64,000 nt of DNA from Candidatus Acidiferrales bacterium (GCA_963735825.1 CAVTMR010000020.1:499770-563769); one strand, 5' to 3'. Counted from the stretch's first letter, positions 9,838 through 19,496 are shown. Program-made: numbers and translations. The notes: a model not told the origin generated them from the sequence alone.

Positions 9838-10716
9838 GTGGCGAAGGTGCACGGACTGGGCGGCGAATTGACAAGCTTCGCTTTTCAATCTGGCATTACA
9901 TTGCCATTGTTAGCGGCATTACCTTGCCTGCCGTTCTTGTTCGATCCTATCCAACTGCCGTTTGGCTGCTCGACGGGGTTGCGTCAGCGGCGTCGGTCCT
10001 GGCGACCGTCAGGGTTGTTGGTAAATGCCGTACACGTTCATATGGATTTCAAGAGATTGGTGCAAATGCGCACCCGGATCATGAATCAGCTGCATGCACT
10101 AGCGATGAACGAAGGCTATTGCTGGAAGAAAAAGCTGTTCAGCGAAAAAGGGCGAGCACAGTTAGAAAAGTTAGCGTTAGCTCCCTGGGCCAGTCGCCGC
10201 CGGCAAGGGTTGTTGGAGCTACTGGACTGTATGAATCCGACGATTGAAGAATTAACCGCAGCCGTCGAACGGGAAGCCCGGAAGCGACCTGAGGCGATGC
10301 GGCTGATGACGCATCCCGGTGTCGGTCCGCTGACGGCGCTCGCGTACGTGTTGATCATCGGAACTCCGACGCGGTTTCAACGCGGCAAGCAGATCGGCAC
10401 GTACGTGGGGATGATCCCGTGTGAGGAATCCAGTGGTGGCAAACAGCGACTTGGACACATCAGCAAGCAAGGCAATTCGTTGTTGCGCTTCCTGCTGGTG
10501 GAAGCAGCCCAGGCGGCGGCACGAGTCAACCCTGACTGGCGGCGTCGGTACATGCACCTGGCGATGCGTCGACACAAAAGTATTGCCAAGGTAGCCATGG
10601 GACGCCGGCTGGCGGTTCGGTTGTATTGGATGTGGCGGAATGGTTGTGAGTATTCACCATCGTTAGAGTTCGGTTCGTACGCGGGACAGCTCGGACTCGG
10701 AAATGGCGTGAAGTAG
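9838..10716 (+). pseudogene. IS110-family transposase remnant (C-terminal two-thirds only; N-terminal DEDD/RuvC-like domain missing)
   Basis: HPGVGPLTALAYVLIIG..FQRGKQIGTYVGMIPCEESSGGKQRLGHISKQGNSLLRFLLVEAA..AKVAMGRRLAVRLYWMWRNG is the IS110 'transposase 20' region. The first ~70 codons of the ORF are not transposase-like, and fragments such as LDGVASAASVLAT appear in another frame upstream. Confidence 0.8.
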
Positions 10717-11516
10717 AGCGCTGTCCAAGTGATTGGGCGTCCCGCTCCCTGCAAAGGGAGTTTGAATTACTAATCATGGTTCGAAGTACGGATCGAAGAG
10801 ATGTTTAGGTCGGACTGAAGTCGACCGAAAGATTATAAGCGAGCCGAGGTCGTCGAAGCAGCGGTCAAAGAAGGGACCAGGAAGACCACTCTTCGGAGTG
10901 AACGCAGTCGTGTGTTCGAAAAAGAAAAAAAGTGACAAAAATGCGGAAAAAAAACAAAAAAAGAACTTGACAGGGCCGACATTGTTGAGTTTCCGAGTAT
11001 GGGCTAACTGGGACTTGACTGAGACCGAACATTTGGATAAATAACATTGGTTCCCAGTACGGTAGCGTACGGGTACCACTGAGTTTTACTCGGTAGGGAC
11101 AGCCGTAGACCCACGGCAATGTGCGTGCAGCGGTAGACGCAGCCTTCAGCTTCTAACGCGCACCGCGTGCTTCCCATGAGCGGGTGAGCGGTTTCGCACC
11201 TTTGTACCGACCGTACAAAATATCTACAGGGTTTCCCCGCTTTACACAGATTTTCTCTTGTGGCTATTCTGAGAACGTAACTTAACGCACGAAGGGGGCG
11301 GTATTCAACCGATGCCCAAGGCAAAAAGTACACAAGCACGGCCGTGTACGGCCAGCAATAGACAGGCGGAAATACACAGCCGATGAGATCTTCTTCGTAA
11401 AGATCACGGCTATCGAGGGAATTACGTTGCTGGGAACTTGACGAGTTGCTGGGCGACTGAAATTCGGCGAGTTCCCATTTGAGAAGTCTGAGCGGGCAAA
11501 ACCAAAGGAGGAGGAT

Positions 11517-12248
11517 ATGTTGAATCGACGCCGAGAGCTAACGGGAATAGCCTTGCTGACCATTGCCGTTCTGTGCCTCAGTATTTCGAGCATTGCGATT
11601 GCGGCGGATGACAAGAAGGAGGTGGAGCGAGTAACAGAATCGGGCAATGTAATGAAGGAGCTTCTCTCGTCATCCAGCGGCGTTCCCATCAGTGTGCTGA
11701 ATAAGGCGGAGTGCGTTATCGTTCTCCCGTCCGTAAAGAAGGCTGGATTCATTATTGCGGGCCAATATGGTAAAGGTGTGATGACGTGTCGGGGAGGAGA
11801 AAATTTTGAGGGGCCGTGGAGCGCCCCAACGATGATGCAATCGGCTGGCGGAAGTTTTGGTCTTCAGGCTGGCGGCCAAGCTACCGACTTCGTCATTCTA
11901 GTCATGAATGACAAGGGAGCTCGCGCCCTGATGAATGGGAAAGCTAAGCTCGGCGCCGATGCCAGTGTCGCCGCCGGTCCAGTCGGGCGGGAAGCGGAAG
12001 CCTCCACGAATGCGGCGATGAGTGCACAGCTGCTCTCTTATTCCAGAGCGCAGGGTGTGTTTGCTGGCGTTTCTCTGGAGGGATCCACGCTCGGACCTGA
12101 TGACGACGCAAATAAAGATCTGTATGGCAAGAAAGTGACTGCCACCGAGATCATCAGCGGCCAAGCCGGACCACCTCCCGCTTCGGCGAAGGAACTACTT
12201 GCGGTACTCACTGCGAAGTCGCCCAAGAACGAGTCAAAAGGAAAGTAA
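11517..12248 (+). CDS. secreted SYLF (Ysc84/DUF500) lipid-binding-domain protein
   Basis: Strong RBS aaaggaggagga; signal peptide; VLPSVKKAGFIIAGQYGKGV..GGSFGLQAGGQATDFVILVMN..LGADASVAAGPVGR..SYSRAQGVFAGVSLEGS. Confidence 0.85.
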   Translation: MLNRRRELTGIALLTIAVLCLSISSIAIAADDKKEVERVTESGNVMKELLSSSSGVPISVLNKAECVIVLPSVKKAGFIIAGQYGKGVMTCRGGENFEGPWSAPTMMQSAGGSFGLQAGGQATDFVILVMNDKGARALMNGKAKLGADASVAAGPVGREAEASTNAAMSAQLLSYSRAQGVFAGVSLEGSTLGPDDDANKDLYGKKVTATEIISGQAGPPPASAKELLAVLTAKSPKNESKGK

Positions 12249-12437
12249 TCGGCGTTTGTACCCGCTTGCAGATTTGCACAGCCGCATCCTTGCGTCGCCT
12301 CCTGAATGAATGTAGAACTCCCCAATCTGGTTTGGAAGCAAGCACGCTCTAGTTGCTCTGGCGCTGGAATCAGCATACTTTAGTAGCCAAAACGTAGTTC
12401 AATCGACCAAGAACAGACCGAAGGGCGCTTTGGAGAT

Positions 12438-13229
12438 GTGGAGGTGGCACAACCTGTGGTGCGCGACAGTATTATGAGGGCTCTCAGAGGCTTCGAACGA
12501 CTCCTGCTGCTCTTGGGTTTATTGCTGGTATTTGCGTACGCCGTCGTCCGCATCTATAGCGTGGTCTACGCACATGCGACAGTTCGGGGATTTTGGCGCA
12601 ATCAGGAAGCCACCCTCAACCGGCCCGGCAACCTCCTTCAGCAGAATCTCGGGATCCCGGATTTTCGGCTTTGGTCGCCCAAGCGCATTGAAGCCTATCA
12701 GAACAGCGTAACCACCAACATGCCAGCCCCTTTGGGGGTGCTAAGGATTCCCTCAATTGTGATCGCAGTCCCTGTGCTGGAAGGTACCGACGATCTAACG
12801 TTGAACCGTGCCGTCGGCCATATTGACGGCACAGCGGCTCCGGGCGAAGAGGGGAACATTGGGATCGCCGGACACCGGGACGGATTTTTCCGCGGGCTCA
12901 AGGACGTTCACCTTGGCGAGTACTTGGATCTGTACACTGAACGGGGAAACACGCGTTACATCGTGGACGAGATCCGCATCGTTCCACCGGAGGACGTTTC
13001 AGTACTTGCGCCACGCCCAAGATCTTCCATCACACTCGTGACATGTTATCCCTTCTATTTCGTGGGAAGCGCCCCCTTGCGTTACATCGTTCACGCCTCA
13101 ACAACGAGTGCAATCAATCTCAGGGCACCTAGGCCCCGGATCCATTCGGAAGATCGAGGAGTCCGAGACTCGTCAAGTGCTGGCCAGTCGACCGATTTAA
13201 TGTTCGGAGCATTCGTCAGTACCTGGTAG
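12438..13229 (+). CDS. sortase, Gram-negative ('class GN'/marine-type) family
   Basis: N-terminal TM, then GHIDGTAAPGEEGNIGIAGHRDGFFRGLKD (catalytic His), SITLVTCYPFYFVGSAPLRYIVHA (TLVTC Cys and Arg). GTG start at 12438; alternative ATG at 12474. Confidence 0.85.
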   Translation: MEVAQPVVRDSIMRALRGFERLLLLLGLLLVFAYAVVRIYSVVYAHATVRGFWRNQEATLNRPGNLLQQNLGIPDFRLWSPKRIEAYQNSVTTNMPAPLGVLRIPSIVIAVPVLEGTDDLTLNRAVGHIDGTAAPGEEGNIGIAGHRDGFFRGLKDVHLGEYLDLYTERGNTRYIVDEIRIVPPEDVSVLAPRPRSSITLVTCYPFYFVGSAPLRYIVHASTTSAINLRAPRPRIHSEDRGVRDSSSAGQSTDLMFGAFVSTW

Positions 13230-13302
13230 AGGCGTGCATCGGGAGCGCACAGTTTCACGAAAGACTACTGCAGCTTCGCGTACCCAGGCCCGGACGCGCA
13301 GT

Positions 13303-14751
13303 TTACTCGGTATGTGGGGTTTTCCAGCTAAAGTCGTAACGGAAGCCGATGGCCGCCGCGTCGGATACATTCTTTCCCTGCGCATCCACGGAGTCGCCGA
13401 GCCTCGTTTCGAAGAACGCGTAGCCGGACTTCGAGAAGTGCCATTCGGCACCGAGGATGGCGTACCTGGTTTTGAAGTTGGAGTTGATAAGGGGACTGAG
13501 ATCGCGAGGTATATAGTCATCAAAGCCGAAGATGGCTGCGAACTTCCCGAACTTCAGTCTGGAATAGAGCTCGATTCCATTGGCGGAGAACCCCACGGCT
13601 ATAGGTTCCGGGCCCCCTGCCGGGTCGGGAACGAACGCTATGTCGCCATTGTTTTGTCGCACCCAGACGGCGCCCCATTCCAGGTTGCGCCATTCGCCTT
13701 TCGCGCCAATGGTCCAGTAATCCGTGCCACCACCGTTGAATATCACCTGCGTAAACTGCGGGTTGAAGTAGGTCTTATTGTAGGCTCCGCCAATCGTCAA
13801 CCCTGGAAGCACCGTCGCCTGCAACGAAAAGCCGAAGCCGTTGAAGGCCTGCGAGGTGGCGCCCGTGCGTAACTGTCCCTGCGCGCCAAAGTCGAAGATC
13901 TTGGCGAATTTCAGGTGGTACAGAATGATTTGGTCAGCGCGTCCAGTACCGGATTGACCGCCATCCGTCCCGGCCACATAGGTTGCGGTGGACTGGCCAC
14001 CGAAGACATTGAAGCGATCCGTCGTGTAATCCGTTATGTCGTAATGGGTAGAGTTCTGTTTACCGAAAGCGATGCGTCCAAACGCTCCGAAGTCCACGCC
14101 GATGAAACCAAGGCGTGCACCGAAAACGGGTTGCGTCGCCTGATTGATCACGCCGAACCCTGACGACGTGGTGGCGCCGGCGTTGAACGTGGTCTCGCTT
14201 TGAACCAGATCCACCCCCCACTCCGCCGTGCCAAACACCTTGATGGGCCCGAAGGTGCTGAAATTGATACCCAAACGGCTGGCATCGTCCTGTACCTCTG
14301 CTCCGGTGTCCGAAATGCTGACAATGTTACGGATGCTTCCGTAAGGATTAAACATGCCGGTGTAGTGCAGTTTGGGATTGGTGCCGGTTGTGACGGTAAG
14401 CATCTCCGCCTTCTGGTCCACGGGCTCGACGTACGCATTCGCTTCGCCAGGTACGGCGGCTGAGCGCGATGTGCTGCCGGTGGCGAACTCGCCGCCACAG
14501 CCTTCCGACACCCAGACTCCCTGCGCGTCATATCCCCAATTTCTGCCAAGCAGGCAATTGGTTTCGCTGCTTTGGCGCAAGATGACCACGCCGGCGCTAG
14601 TGTTTGCTGGACAGTGCTGACGCTGATCACCTGTCGAAACGCAGGTAACGACCGACGAAACGGTTACCTGTGTCGAGTTCTCCTGTGCACTTGTACTTGA
14701 GACAAAACCGAATACAAGGACTGCAAATGTGAAATAGCTTGATAGTTTCAT
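13303..14751 (-). CDS. outer-membrane porin with N-terminal Cys-rich DUF3011-like domain
   Basis: Signal peptide MKLSSYFTFAVLVFGFVSSTSAQ after RBS gggagga. Cys-rich module VTCVSTGDQRQHCPAN..ILRQSSETNCLLGRNWGYDAQGVWVSEGCGGEF, then alternating beta-strand-like sequence ending AIGFRYDF. Confidence 0.8.
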   Translation of the reverse strand: MKLSSYFTFAVLVFGFVSSTSAQENSTQVTVSSVVTCVSTGDQRQHCPANTSAGVVILRQSSETNCLLGRNWGYDAQGVWVSEGCGGEFATGSTSRSAAVPGEANAYVEPVDQKAEMLTVTTGTNPKLHYTGMFNPYGSIRNIVSISDTGAEVQDDASRLGINFSTFGPIKVFGTAEWGVDLVQSETTFNAGATTSSGFGVINQATQPVFGARLGFIGVDFGAFGRIAFGKQNSTHYDITDYTTDRFNVFGGQSTATYVAGTDGGQSGTGRADQIILYHLKFAKIFDFGAQGQLRTGATSQAFNGFGFSLQATVLPGLTIGGAYNKTYFNPQFTQVIFNGGGTDYWTIGAKGEWRNLEWGAVWVRQNNGDIAFVPDPAGGPEPIAVGFSANGIELYSRLKFGKFAAIFGFDDYIPRDLSPLINSNFKTRYAILGAEWHFSKSGYAFFETRLGDSVDAQGKNVSDAAAIGFRYDFSWKTPHTE

Positions 14752-14967
14752 GCTGCTTTCCTCCCGAGGCGAACGGGCCACCTCTTGCTCAAGCACGGTA
14801 AAGCTCATGGCCCTCCACTACGAACTAGGGATTTCCCTAGTTGTTCAGAGATAAAACCAAACGTAAGGTTTTCTCAGTCGTCGCCACGGCTGGCTGAGTG
14901 GGCTGTGTCTATTAAGGAGAACTATTGTGAACAAAGACGCGTAGACTTTCCGCTGGGAACTCGTACT

Positions 14968-15201
14968 ATGGAAATCAAAACCAAATCGCAAACTGCTATC
15001 GCGTTGGAACAAGCGATGCTACATCTTGAGCGAGTACAGCACGTACTCGCGACCCTGAGAAGGGGTGCAGCTGACAAACTACAGGAAGCACGTCGCTTAA
15101 GTGAGAATGATTTGCGACGGCTGTTAACAAACTTGCCCTGGCCTCCAAAAGAAGGGAAAGCGTCATCGTTTCTGGCTCCGTTGTTTGACGCGTCGAACTG
15201 A
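14968..15201 (+). CDS. hypothetical 77-aa helical protein upstream of Mla operon 1
   Basis: Internal Met of ORF 14785..15201 (MEIKTKSQTAIALEQAMLHLERVQHVLATLRR..). It lies 18 nt upstream of the STAS-MlaE gene on the same strand. No recognisable family. Confidence 0.3.
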   Translation: MEIKTKSQTAIALEQAMLHLERVQHVLATLRRGAADKLQEARRLSENDLRRLLTNLPWPPKEGKASSFLAPLFDASN

Positions 15202-15219
15202 ACTCGAGAGACTTGCCCC

Positions 15220-16344
15220 ATGAGTGTCGCCATCCGAGCCGACCGAGAAGGAAACCACGCGCGTCTAGTGGCGACCGGTCCGTTCGACCTGGCCCATGCG
15301 ACGATGGCAGCACGAGCAGTGGAGAACGCGGAGGCACTGTTAGCTGGCTGTAGCTCGGTCGATGTCAATTTAGCGCAGCTCGAACGAATCGATGGCGCCG
15401 GTGCAGTCTTGCTGGCAAGGCTTCTCGATCGGCTGGATGCGGGCGGCCGCCACGCGCGCGTCATTGAAGGCCCCAACCGCGAAGCGGCACGCTTAATCGC
15501 AAGTTATCGCGAGCGCCGGGCGGGGCTCCCAGAGCGCCCGACACGTGTGATGAATCCGCTGACGCGGATCGGAGCTCTAGCGGCTGAAGTGCCTAGCAAG
15601 GCAAACGAAGCATTTGATTTCACCGGTCGCTTTGCCGTCGCGTTTCCAAAAGCTGCGGCCACACCGAGATCAGTCGATTGGCGTTCGTTGCCGAGGCTGA
15701 TTCAAGAGATCGGCGCAGACGGGCTGCTGGTTACGAGTGCTGCCAACTTGCTGATCGGCGCAATCATCGGGTTTCTCGGCGTTTCGCAGCTCGGGGGCTT
15801 TGGAACAATCGCCCTTGTCCCCCAGATGGTAGTCGTCGCACATTTCCGAGACCTTGGACCACTGGTCACCGGAATGATTATGGCCGGACGATCGGGCGCG
15901 GGTATTGCGTCGGAGATCGCCACGATGAAGGTGTCCGAAGAGGTCGATGCCTTGCAGTCGATGGGCTTCGACCCAGTGAGATGGTTGGTCGTGCCACGCT
16001 GTCTCGCTCTCGTCATCACGGTGCCGATTTTGACCTGGCTTGGCGACGTACTGGCCCTTGTCGGCGGATTGGGGGCCACGATTCTCGTTTCGCATATGAC
16101 AGCAGGCGCCTTTGTCGAGGTGGCCTTGAACGCGATCAATGCCAACAACTTCTTTTCGGGTCTCGTCAAGACTCCATTTCTGGGGCTCTCAATCGGATTG
16201 ATCGCATGTGGTCAGGGGCTGCTCACACGCGGCGGCGCGGCCGCTGTCGGGACCCGGACGACGACCGCCGTGGTGCTGGCGCTCTTGTCAGTGATTGTGA
16301 TCAGCGCCCTGTTCACGTTCTTTTACGCACTCATAGGTATCTGA
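15220..16344 (+). CDS. MlaE-family ABC permease with fused N-terminal STAS domain
   Basis: N-terminal ~95 aa are STAS-like (VDVNLAQLERIDGAGAVLLARLLDRL). The C-terminus is MlaE (GPLVTGMIMAGRSGAGIASEIATMKVSEEVDALQSMG). Confidence 0.9.
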   Translation: MSVAIRADREGNHARLVATGPFDLAHATMAARAVENAEALLAGCSSVDVNLAQLERIDGAGAVLLARLLDRLDAGGRHARVIEGPNREAARLIASYRERRAGLPERPTRVMNPLTRIGALAAEVPSKANEAFDFTGRFAVAFPKAAATPRSVDWRSLPRLIQEIGADGLLVTSAANLLIGAIIGFLGVSQLGGFGTIALVPQMVVVAHFRDLGPLVTGMIMAGRSGAGIASEIATMKVSEEVDALQSMGFDPVRWLVVPRCLALVITVPILTWLGDVLALVGGLGATILVSHMTAGAFVEVALNAINANNFFSGLVKTPFLGLSIGLIACGQGLLTRGGAAAVGTRTTTAVVLALLSVIVISALFTFFYALIGI

Positions 16345-16346
16345 AC

Positions 16347-17111
16347 ATGCCTCTATCAAGGCCACACATCACCGTCGACGATCTGCGGGTAGGTTGGGGG
16401 ATGCGGGTACTCCTGGAGCACATCACCTTCCAAATCGAGCGCGGAACGATTTTTGCAATCCTCGGCGGATCGGGGAGCGGCAAGAGCACGCTGCTGCGGT
16501 ATTTGATCGGACTCGAGCGGCCCCAAGCCGGGCGCATCGACATCGACGGCGTCGGCGAGCCGCACCTTTACGAGGGCGTGCCGCGCTTCGGAGTGCTTTT
16601 TCAGTCGGGCGCGCTCTTTGGCTCGATGACGCTCGCGGAAAACCTCGCTCTCCCCTTGACTAGATGGACCGCGATACGCGGCGCGACCGCACGGGAGCTC
16701 GTCCAGGCCAAGCTCGACCTCGTCGGGCTTGGTCCGTTCGCCGAGCATCTACCCGGCGAAATCTCGGGCGGCATGAAAAAACGCGCCGGCATTGCTCGTG
16801 CTCTTATGCTCGAGCCCGATCTGTTGTTCTTCGACGAACCGTCTGCCGGTCTCGACCCGATTTCGGCAGTCGAGCTCGACCAGCTCATCCTTACGCTTAG
16901 CCACGATCTAGGCATCACGGTCGTTATTGTGACCCACGAACTGCCGAGCATTTTTCTTGTGGCCGCCCACTGCATCGTGCTGGACAAAGCCGCCAAAGGG
17001 GTCGTGGCAGCGGGCGACCCGCGCAAACTGCGCGACGAATCAAAGATCCCGTTCGTACACAATTTCTTCACGCGGTCGGCGCCTGGCATGTCCGCGCATA
17101 AGGGAGGGTAA
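16347..17111 (+). CDS. MlaF-type ABC transporter ATP-binding protein
   Basis: Start at MPLSRPHITVDDLRV (ATG 16347), 2 nt after the permease stop. Walker A GGSGSGKST, signature ISGGMKKRAGIARAL, Walker B LLFFDEP. Confidence 0.92.
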   Translation: MPLSRPHITVDDLRVGWGMRVLLEHITFQIERGTIFAILGGSGSGKSTLLRYLIGLERPQAGRIDIDGVGEPHLYEGVPRFGVLFQSGALFGSMTLAENLALPLTRWTAIRGATARELVQAKLDLVGLGPFAEHLPGEISGGMKKRAGIARALMLEPDLLFFDEPSAGLDPISAVELDQLILTLSHDLGITVVIVTHELPSIFLVAAHCIVLDKAAKGVVAAGDPRKLRDESKIPFVHNFFTRSAPGMSAHKGG

Positions 17112-17115
17112 CCCA

Positions 17116-18081
17116 ATGGCTGTCGAGAAGAGCTACGCGCGCCTTGGCTTCTTCATAGTATTAACACTGGTCCTCTTCTTGGTAACGGCGGTTTTCTTCA
17201 TTCAACGGCTGAAGAAGCGTCCCGCAATCGGCATGGTCACCTACACCACCGACAATGTCTTCGGCCTGGACGTCTCTAGCCCCGTTCGGCTTAGGGGCGT
17301 GCCAGTGGGCCGCGTCACAGACATACGTGTGAACCCACACGGCACGATCGTCCAAATCGACTTCGAGATGTTCCTCGATCGCCTTAACACCATTGGCCTG
17401 GACGTCAGCCGGCTCCGGACGCTTACCGATGTTGGAGGCGTGTTCCCCCACCTTCGGGCCCAGCTCATGGGCAACCCAATAACGGGTGAGGCGTACTTAT
17501 TGCTCGATCAACCCGAGAATCCACCCCCGCCGATGGAGCTTGGGTTCAAACCGAATCGGCCCTACGTTCCGTCGGTGACCTCGCCGTTCGAGACGGTGCA
17601 AGATCGGCTGCCTGCGCTTTTGGACCGCGCTAATGCGACGCTGGAGACCCTCAGAGAGATTGTCGCGCGGATGCCCGATAGCCTCGATCGGAGCGACCGA
17701 TTCTTCGACAACACTAACCGCATCATGCGCGAGAGCGACCTACCAACGCTGAGCGCCGACTCCCGGAAATTCTTTGCGACGACAAGTGCGCAGATCGAGC
17801 AGATCAGGTCCGACATGGACGGAGTGATCGGCAGCGAAGGGTCACTGGTCAAGTTCTCTGAAGAGGCGCGGGCCGCAATCAAGGCCGCAGACCTTCCGGC
17901 CGCGACCCAAGCAGCGCGCGAAGCGGCGGACAATTCCAGACTGGCGGCGGACGATCTCCGACGCACCCTACCGGCCATTCGGGATTCGCTCCAAGAAGTG
18001 CGCGAGCTCTCGCGAATGCTCGAGGAGCAGCCCGAGTCGTTGGTCTATGGTCCACGACCGCCAGAGAAAAAACACCAATGA
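17116..18081 (+). CDS. MlaD/MCE-domain substrate-binding protein
   Basis: MAVEKSYARLGFFIVLTLVLFLV TM anchor, then MCE core GLDVSSPVRLRGVPVGRVTDIRV and a long helical C-terminus. Confidence 0.88.
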   Translation: MAVEKSYARLGFFIVLTLVLFLVTAVFFIQRLKKRPAIGMVTYTTDNVFGLDVSSPVRLRGVPVGRVTDIRVNPHGTIVQIDFEMFLDRLNTIGLDVSRLRTLTDVGGVFPHLRAQLMGNPITGEAYLLLDQPENPPPPMELGFKPNRPYVPSVTSPFETVQDRLPALLDRANATLETLREIVARMPDSLDRSDRFFDNTNRIMRESDLPTLSADSRKFFATTSAQIEQIRSDMDGVIGSEGSLVKFSEEARAAIKAADLPAATQAAREAADNSRLAADDLRRTLPAIRDSLQEVRELSRMLEEQPESLVYGPRPPEKKHQ

Positions 18082-18677
18082 CGCGCGTCTCCCGATCAGG
18101 CGCCTATCTGTTCTTTACGATCATCTGCCTGTGTGAAGCCGCTTGCCTGCGACGCCCCGCTACGACACCGAGCCACATGCTTGAGCCGCAACTGCTAGAG
18201 CCACAACTGCCACAACCAGCGACGCAAGTGACTAAGGCTCCCAACGCAACTCCCGTCCGGCTGCTCGATACACAAGCACGCGGACACATCGGCCGCCGTG
18301 TTCTGCACCAGCAACCGAATGGTGAGTTGACCGAGGACGCCGTCTGGCGATGGTCGTCCGCTCCCGACCGCTATCTGGACACGGCACTGCGCTTCGAATT
18401 GGCATCGAGTCCAGATCTGCGCCTCGTCGATACCGGCCGCGCACCAGCGCTAGCCGCCACGCTCCTCATTTGGGAACTCGATTCTGCGGGGGAGACGCGA
18501 CTGGTCGGAGCTGTGGAGTTTCAGGTCACAGGGGCCGACCGTGAGGTCCATACAAAAGTAGTCCGAACCAGCGAGCCCGTCTCAGCGGAGCTACCTGGCG
18601 ACTTGGCTGCCGCAGCAGGCCGCCTCTTGCGCCGCCTGGCGTCTGAAGGTCTGACGCTCGTCACAAGCGAACGATGA
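18078..18677 (+). CDS. ABC-transport auxiliary lipoprotein (DUF330/PqiC-like)
   Basis: 4-nt overlap with the MCE gene; Cys-containing signal (FFTIICLCEAAC). Size and position match the auxiliary lipoprotein of MCE operons. Paralogous to 41705..42376. Confidence 0.7.
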   Translation: MTRVSRSGAYLFFTIICLCEAACLRRPATTPSHMLEPQLLEPQLPQPATQVTKAPNATPVRLLDTQARGHIGRRVLHQQPNGELTEDAVWRWSSAPDRYLDTALRFELASSPDLRLVDTGRAPALAATLLIWELDSAGETRLVGAVEFQVTGADREVHTKVVRTSEPVSAELPGDLAAAAGRLLRRLASEGLTLVTSER

Positions 18678-19091
18678 GGAAGTGGGAAATGTTCTCGGGA
18701 CATTCGTGGCTTACCTCGTATACTGCCAAGCTGCGGAAACGTTCTGGAAGTTGCCACCAATGCGGACGTAGGCGCCGCGACTGTAGCTCCCTTGACTGGT
18801 GTTCGGAAACACAAAAAGCAGCACTCCCACACCCAGCGCTTGTGGATTTGGTTTTCTACTTCGGGATCGATCCTGAACTGTTGACGCCTGACAAATCGGG
18901 TAGCCTGAAATTGCAAAAGGTTACGGCTCTGACTGAGCAAGCTAACTCCCGATTAGCCTTGACTGCGTCTTTGACGCGTCGCTGGAGCCAGAAACTTGTC
19001 TGGAGTTTCCCTCTTTGCCAGTGTGATCCCAGGATTCGATTCGGCAAGCTAAGGAGAATATGCGAAATGGCGCTTTGTCCCGACGATTAGC

Positions 19092-19496
19092 ATGGCTCCG
19101 GTACTGGCGATCACTAGTCTGTGGCAACTTCCCCGGGCCTCTCTTCAAGTCCTTCACCGCTTGCCGTACCAACTGAACCACGTTCCCGTCATGACAAAGC
19201 TCGGCAATCCATTGAAGGTCGGTGATGTCAACAGGTATGTGCTTCGTCCGATCTGCAAGAAGCTTGGAATCCCACACGGCGGGATGCACGCTTTCAGGCA
19301 TGGACGAGTGAGCAAAATGCAGGACGAGGGCGTGAATGAGAAGATCATTCTGCTTGAAGTTGGGCACAGCAGCCTGCGAATGACGCGGCGTTACACACAC
19401 TTTTCGCACGAACAACGCAGAGCGACGGCTGAAAGGCATCGTAGCTCACCTTTATTGACTGCTGTTCGGGAAGACGAAAAACAGCACAACAGGTAG
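19092..19496 (+). pseudogene. tyrosine recombinase (phage-type integrase) C-terminal fragment
   Basis: GGMHAFRHGRVSKMQDEGVNEKIILLEVGHSSLRMTRRYTHF carries the HxxR and terminal Tyr catalytic motifs. Only ~100 aa of the catalytic domain are present. A possible further piece (CDPRIRFGKLRRI) lies in another frame at about 18995-19090. Confidence 0.75.

Noticed and set aside
10967-11000. TTGACA following the long A-tract, as an UP-element plus -35 promoter.
   Set aside because: No acceptable -10 hexamer lies at 16-19 nt (tttccg). The nearest TA-rich hexamer is 22 nt away. A second TTGACT-17-TAAATA at 11015-11043 is also weak.
15678-17111. 477-aa ORF spanning the MlaE/MlaF boundary.
   Set aside because: The first 223 codons are an out-of-frame overlap of the MlaE gene with Arg-rich junk composition. 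The ABC ATPase homology begins at Met 16347.
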